Assembly: GCA_030390025.1 (NCBI GenBank)
Contig: CM059432.1
Span: forward strand, 87,360,001 to 87,424,000
Direction: 5' to 3'
DNA from: Squalus acanthias
Lineage: Eukaryota
Length of the DNA: 64,000 nt
Under the pieces are notes generated by a model. That model was not told where the DNA came from, did no database searches, and was given only the letters and a program-made list of their open reading frames with translations. The first letter of the stretch is position 1. Each line of letters begins with the position of its first letter. This document shows positions 61,501-64,000 of the stretch, piece by piece. The position numbers were made by a program, and so were the translations under genes.

Positions 61501-64000
61501 TAGAGTCATAGAGTCATAGATTTATACAGCACAGAAAGAGGCCCTTTGGCCCATCGTGTCCGCGCCGGCCATCAAGCCCTATCTATTCTAATCCTATTTT
61601 CCAGCACTTGGTCCGTAGCCTTGTATGCTATGACATTTCAAGTGCTCATCTAAATGCTTCTTGAATGTTGTGAGGGTTCCTGCCTCTACCACCCTTTCAG
61701 GCAGTGAGTTCCAGATTCCAACCACCCTCTGGGTGAAAAAGTTTTTCCTCAAATCCCCTCTAAATCTCCTGCCCCTTACCTTGAAACTATGCCTCCTAGT
61801 TATTGACCCCTCTACTAAGGGGAAAAGTTCCTTTCTATCTACCCTATCTAAGCCCCTCATAATTTTGTACACCTCAATCAGGTCCCCCCTCAGCCTTCTC
61901 TGCTCTAAGGAAAACAACCCCAGCTTGTCCAGTCTCTCTTCATAGCTGAAGCGCTCCAGCCCAGGTAACATCCTGGTGAATCTCCTCTGCACCCTCTCCA
62001 ATGCAATCACATCCTTCCTATAGTGTGGCAACCAGAACTGCACACAGTATTCCAGCTGTGGCCTAACTAGCGTTTTGTACAGCTCCATCATAACTTCCCT
62101 GCTCTTATATTCTATGCCTTGGCTAATGAAGGCAAGTATCCCATATGCCTTTTTAGCCACCTTATCTACCTGTCCTGCTGCCTTCAGGGATCTATGTACA
62201 TGCACACCAAGGTCCCTCTGATCCTCTGTCCTTCCTAGGATCCTACCATTCATTGTGTATTCCCTTGCCTTGTTAGTCCTCCCAAAATGCATCACCTCAC
62301 ACTTTTCAGGGTTAAATTCCATTTGCCACTGTTCTGCCCCTCTGACCAACCTGTCTATATCGTCCTGTAGCCTGAGGCTTCCCTCCTCGCTATTTACCAC
62401 TCCACCAATTTTCGTGTCATCTGCGAACTTACTGATCATACCTCCTACATTCATATCTAAATCATTAATGTACACTACAAACAGCAAAGGACCCAGCACC
62501 GATCCCTGGACACAGGCTTCCAGTCACAAAAACAACCTTCGACCATCACCCTCTGCCTCCTGCCACTAAGCCAATTTTGGATCCAATGTGCCAAATTGCC
62601 CTGGATCCCATGGGCTCTTACCTTCTTGACCAGTCTCCCATGTGGGACTTTGTCAAAAGCCTTACTGAAGTCCATGTAGACTACATCAACTGCACTACCC
62701 TCATCCACACACCTAGTCACCCCCTCGAAAAATTCAATTAAATTGGTTAGACATGATCTCCCCCTGACAAAGCCATGCTGACTATCCTTGATTAATCCTT
62801 GCCTCTCCAAGTGAAGACTAATTCTGTCCCTCAGAATTTTTCCAATAATTTTCCTACCACTGATGTTAGGCTCACTGGCCTGTAATTCCCTGGTTTATCC
62901 CTACTACCCTTCTTGAATAATGGTACTACGTTAGCTGTCCTCCAGTCCTCTGGCACCTCCCCTGTGGCCAGAGAGGTTCTGAAAATTTGTGTCAGAGGCC
63001 CTGCAATCTCCTCCCTTGCCTCACACAGCAGCCTGGGATATATCTCGTCTGGGCCTGGGGATTTATCCACTTTTAAGCCCGCTAAAACCGCTAGTACCTC
63101 CTCCCTCTCAATACTAATTTGTTCAAGTATATCACAATCCCCCTGCCTGATTTCTATGCCTACATCGTCCTTCTCCATAGTGAACACAGTTGCAAAATAT
63201 TCATTTAAAACCTCACCCACATCTTCCGGCTCTACACACAGATTGCCACTTTGGTCCCTAATGGGCCCTACTCTTTCCCTGGTTATCCTCTTGCCCTTAA
63301 TATACTAATAAAACACCTTGGGATTTTCCTTTATTTTGCCCGCCAGTGTTTTTTATGCCCCCTCTTCGCTCTCCTAATTTCTTTTTTAAGTATCCCCCTG
63401 CACTTTCTATACTCCTCTAGGGCTTCCACTGTTTTCAGTCCTTTGTATCTGCCAAAAGCCTCCCTTTTTTTCTAATCCATTCTTGTATATCCCTTGACAT
63501 CCAGGGTTCCCTGGGCTTGTTGGTCCCACCCTTGACCTTTACGGGAACATGTTGGCGTTGTACTCTCTCTATTTCCTTTCTGAAAGACTCCCACTGCTCT
63601 GATGTGGATTTTCCTACAAGTAGCTTATCCCAATACACTTTGGCCAGATCCTGCCTTATCATATTAAAATCGGCCTTCCCCCAATTTAGAACCTTTATTT
63701 CCGGTCCATCCTTGTCCTTTTCCATGACTACCTTATATCTCACCGAATTATGGTCACTGTCACCAAAATACTCTCCTACTGACACTTCTACCACTTGCCC
63801 GGCCACATTCCCTAGAATTAGGTCTAGTACCGCCCCCTCTCTTGTAGGACTTTCTACATGCTGGCTCAAAAAGCTCTCCTGGATGCACTTTAAGAATTCC
63901 GCACCCTCTAAGCCTTTCACACTCTGACTATCCCAGTTAATATTGGGGAAGTTGAAATCCCCTACTATTATTACCTTATTATTTCTACACTTCTCTGAGA
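61501..64000 (-). mobile_element. Young CR1 LINE (endonuclease end plus RT), runs off the right edge
   Basis: PTREGAVLDL..SDH; SPGPD; QHGF; KFADDTK; long ORFs; ATGACTCT-repeat tail. Confidence 0.95.

Overview
Repeat-rich vertebrate DNA; the repeat families suggest a cartilaginous fish (inference). The one host gene is GDAP1 on the + strand: six coding exons from 14504 to 42156, all GT-AG, encoding 361 aa. Upstream (793-9677, - strand) lies a decayed retrovirus-like element. It has a 666-bp 5' LTR, an exact tRNA-Pro primer-binding site, a coiled-coil/CCHC Gag, and an in-frame PR-RT(YVDD)-tether-RNase H-integrase Pol. The two RNase H domains point to a retroviral rather than an ordinary Gypsy lineage, possibly lokiretrovirus- or spumavirus-related. 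Four younger insertions interrupt it, and its env/3' end lies left of the window. The rest is nested transposons: CR1 and L2 LINEs, a LINE with a tRNA-like 5' head, Penelope elements carrying minimal hammerhead ribozymes, a complete Tigger/pogo, a two-gene PIF/Harbinger element, MITEs and SINEs. All calls come from reading the sequence; no database searches were run. Ends of old repeats are approximate.
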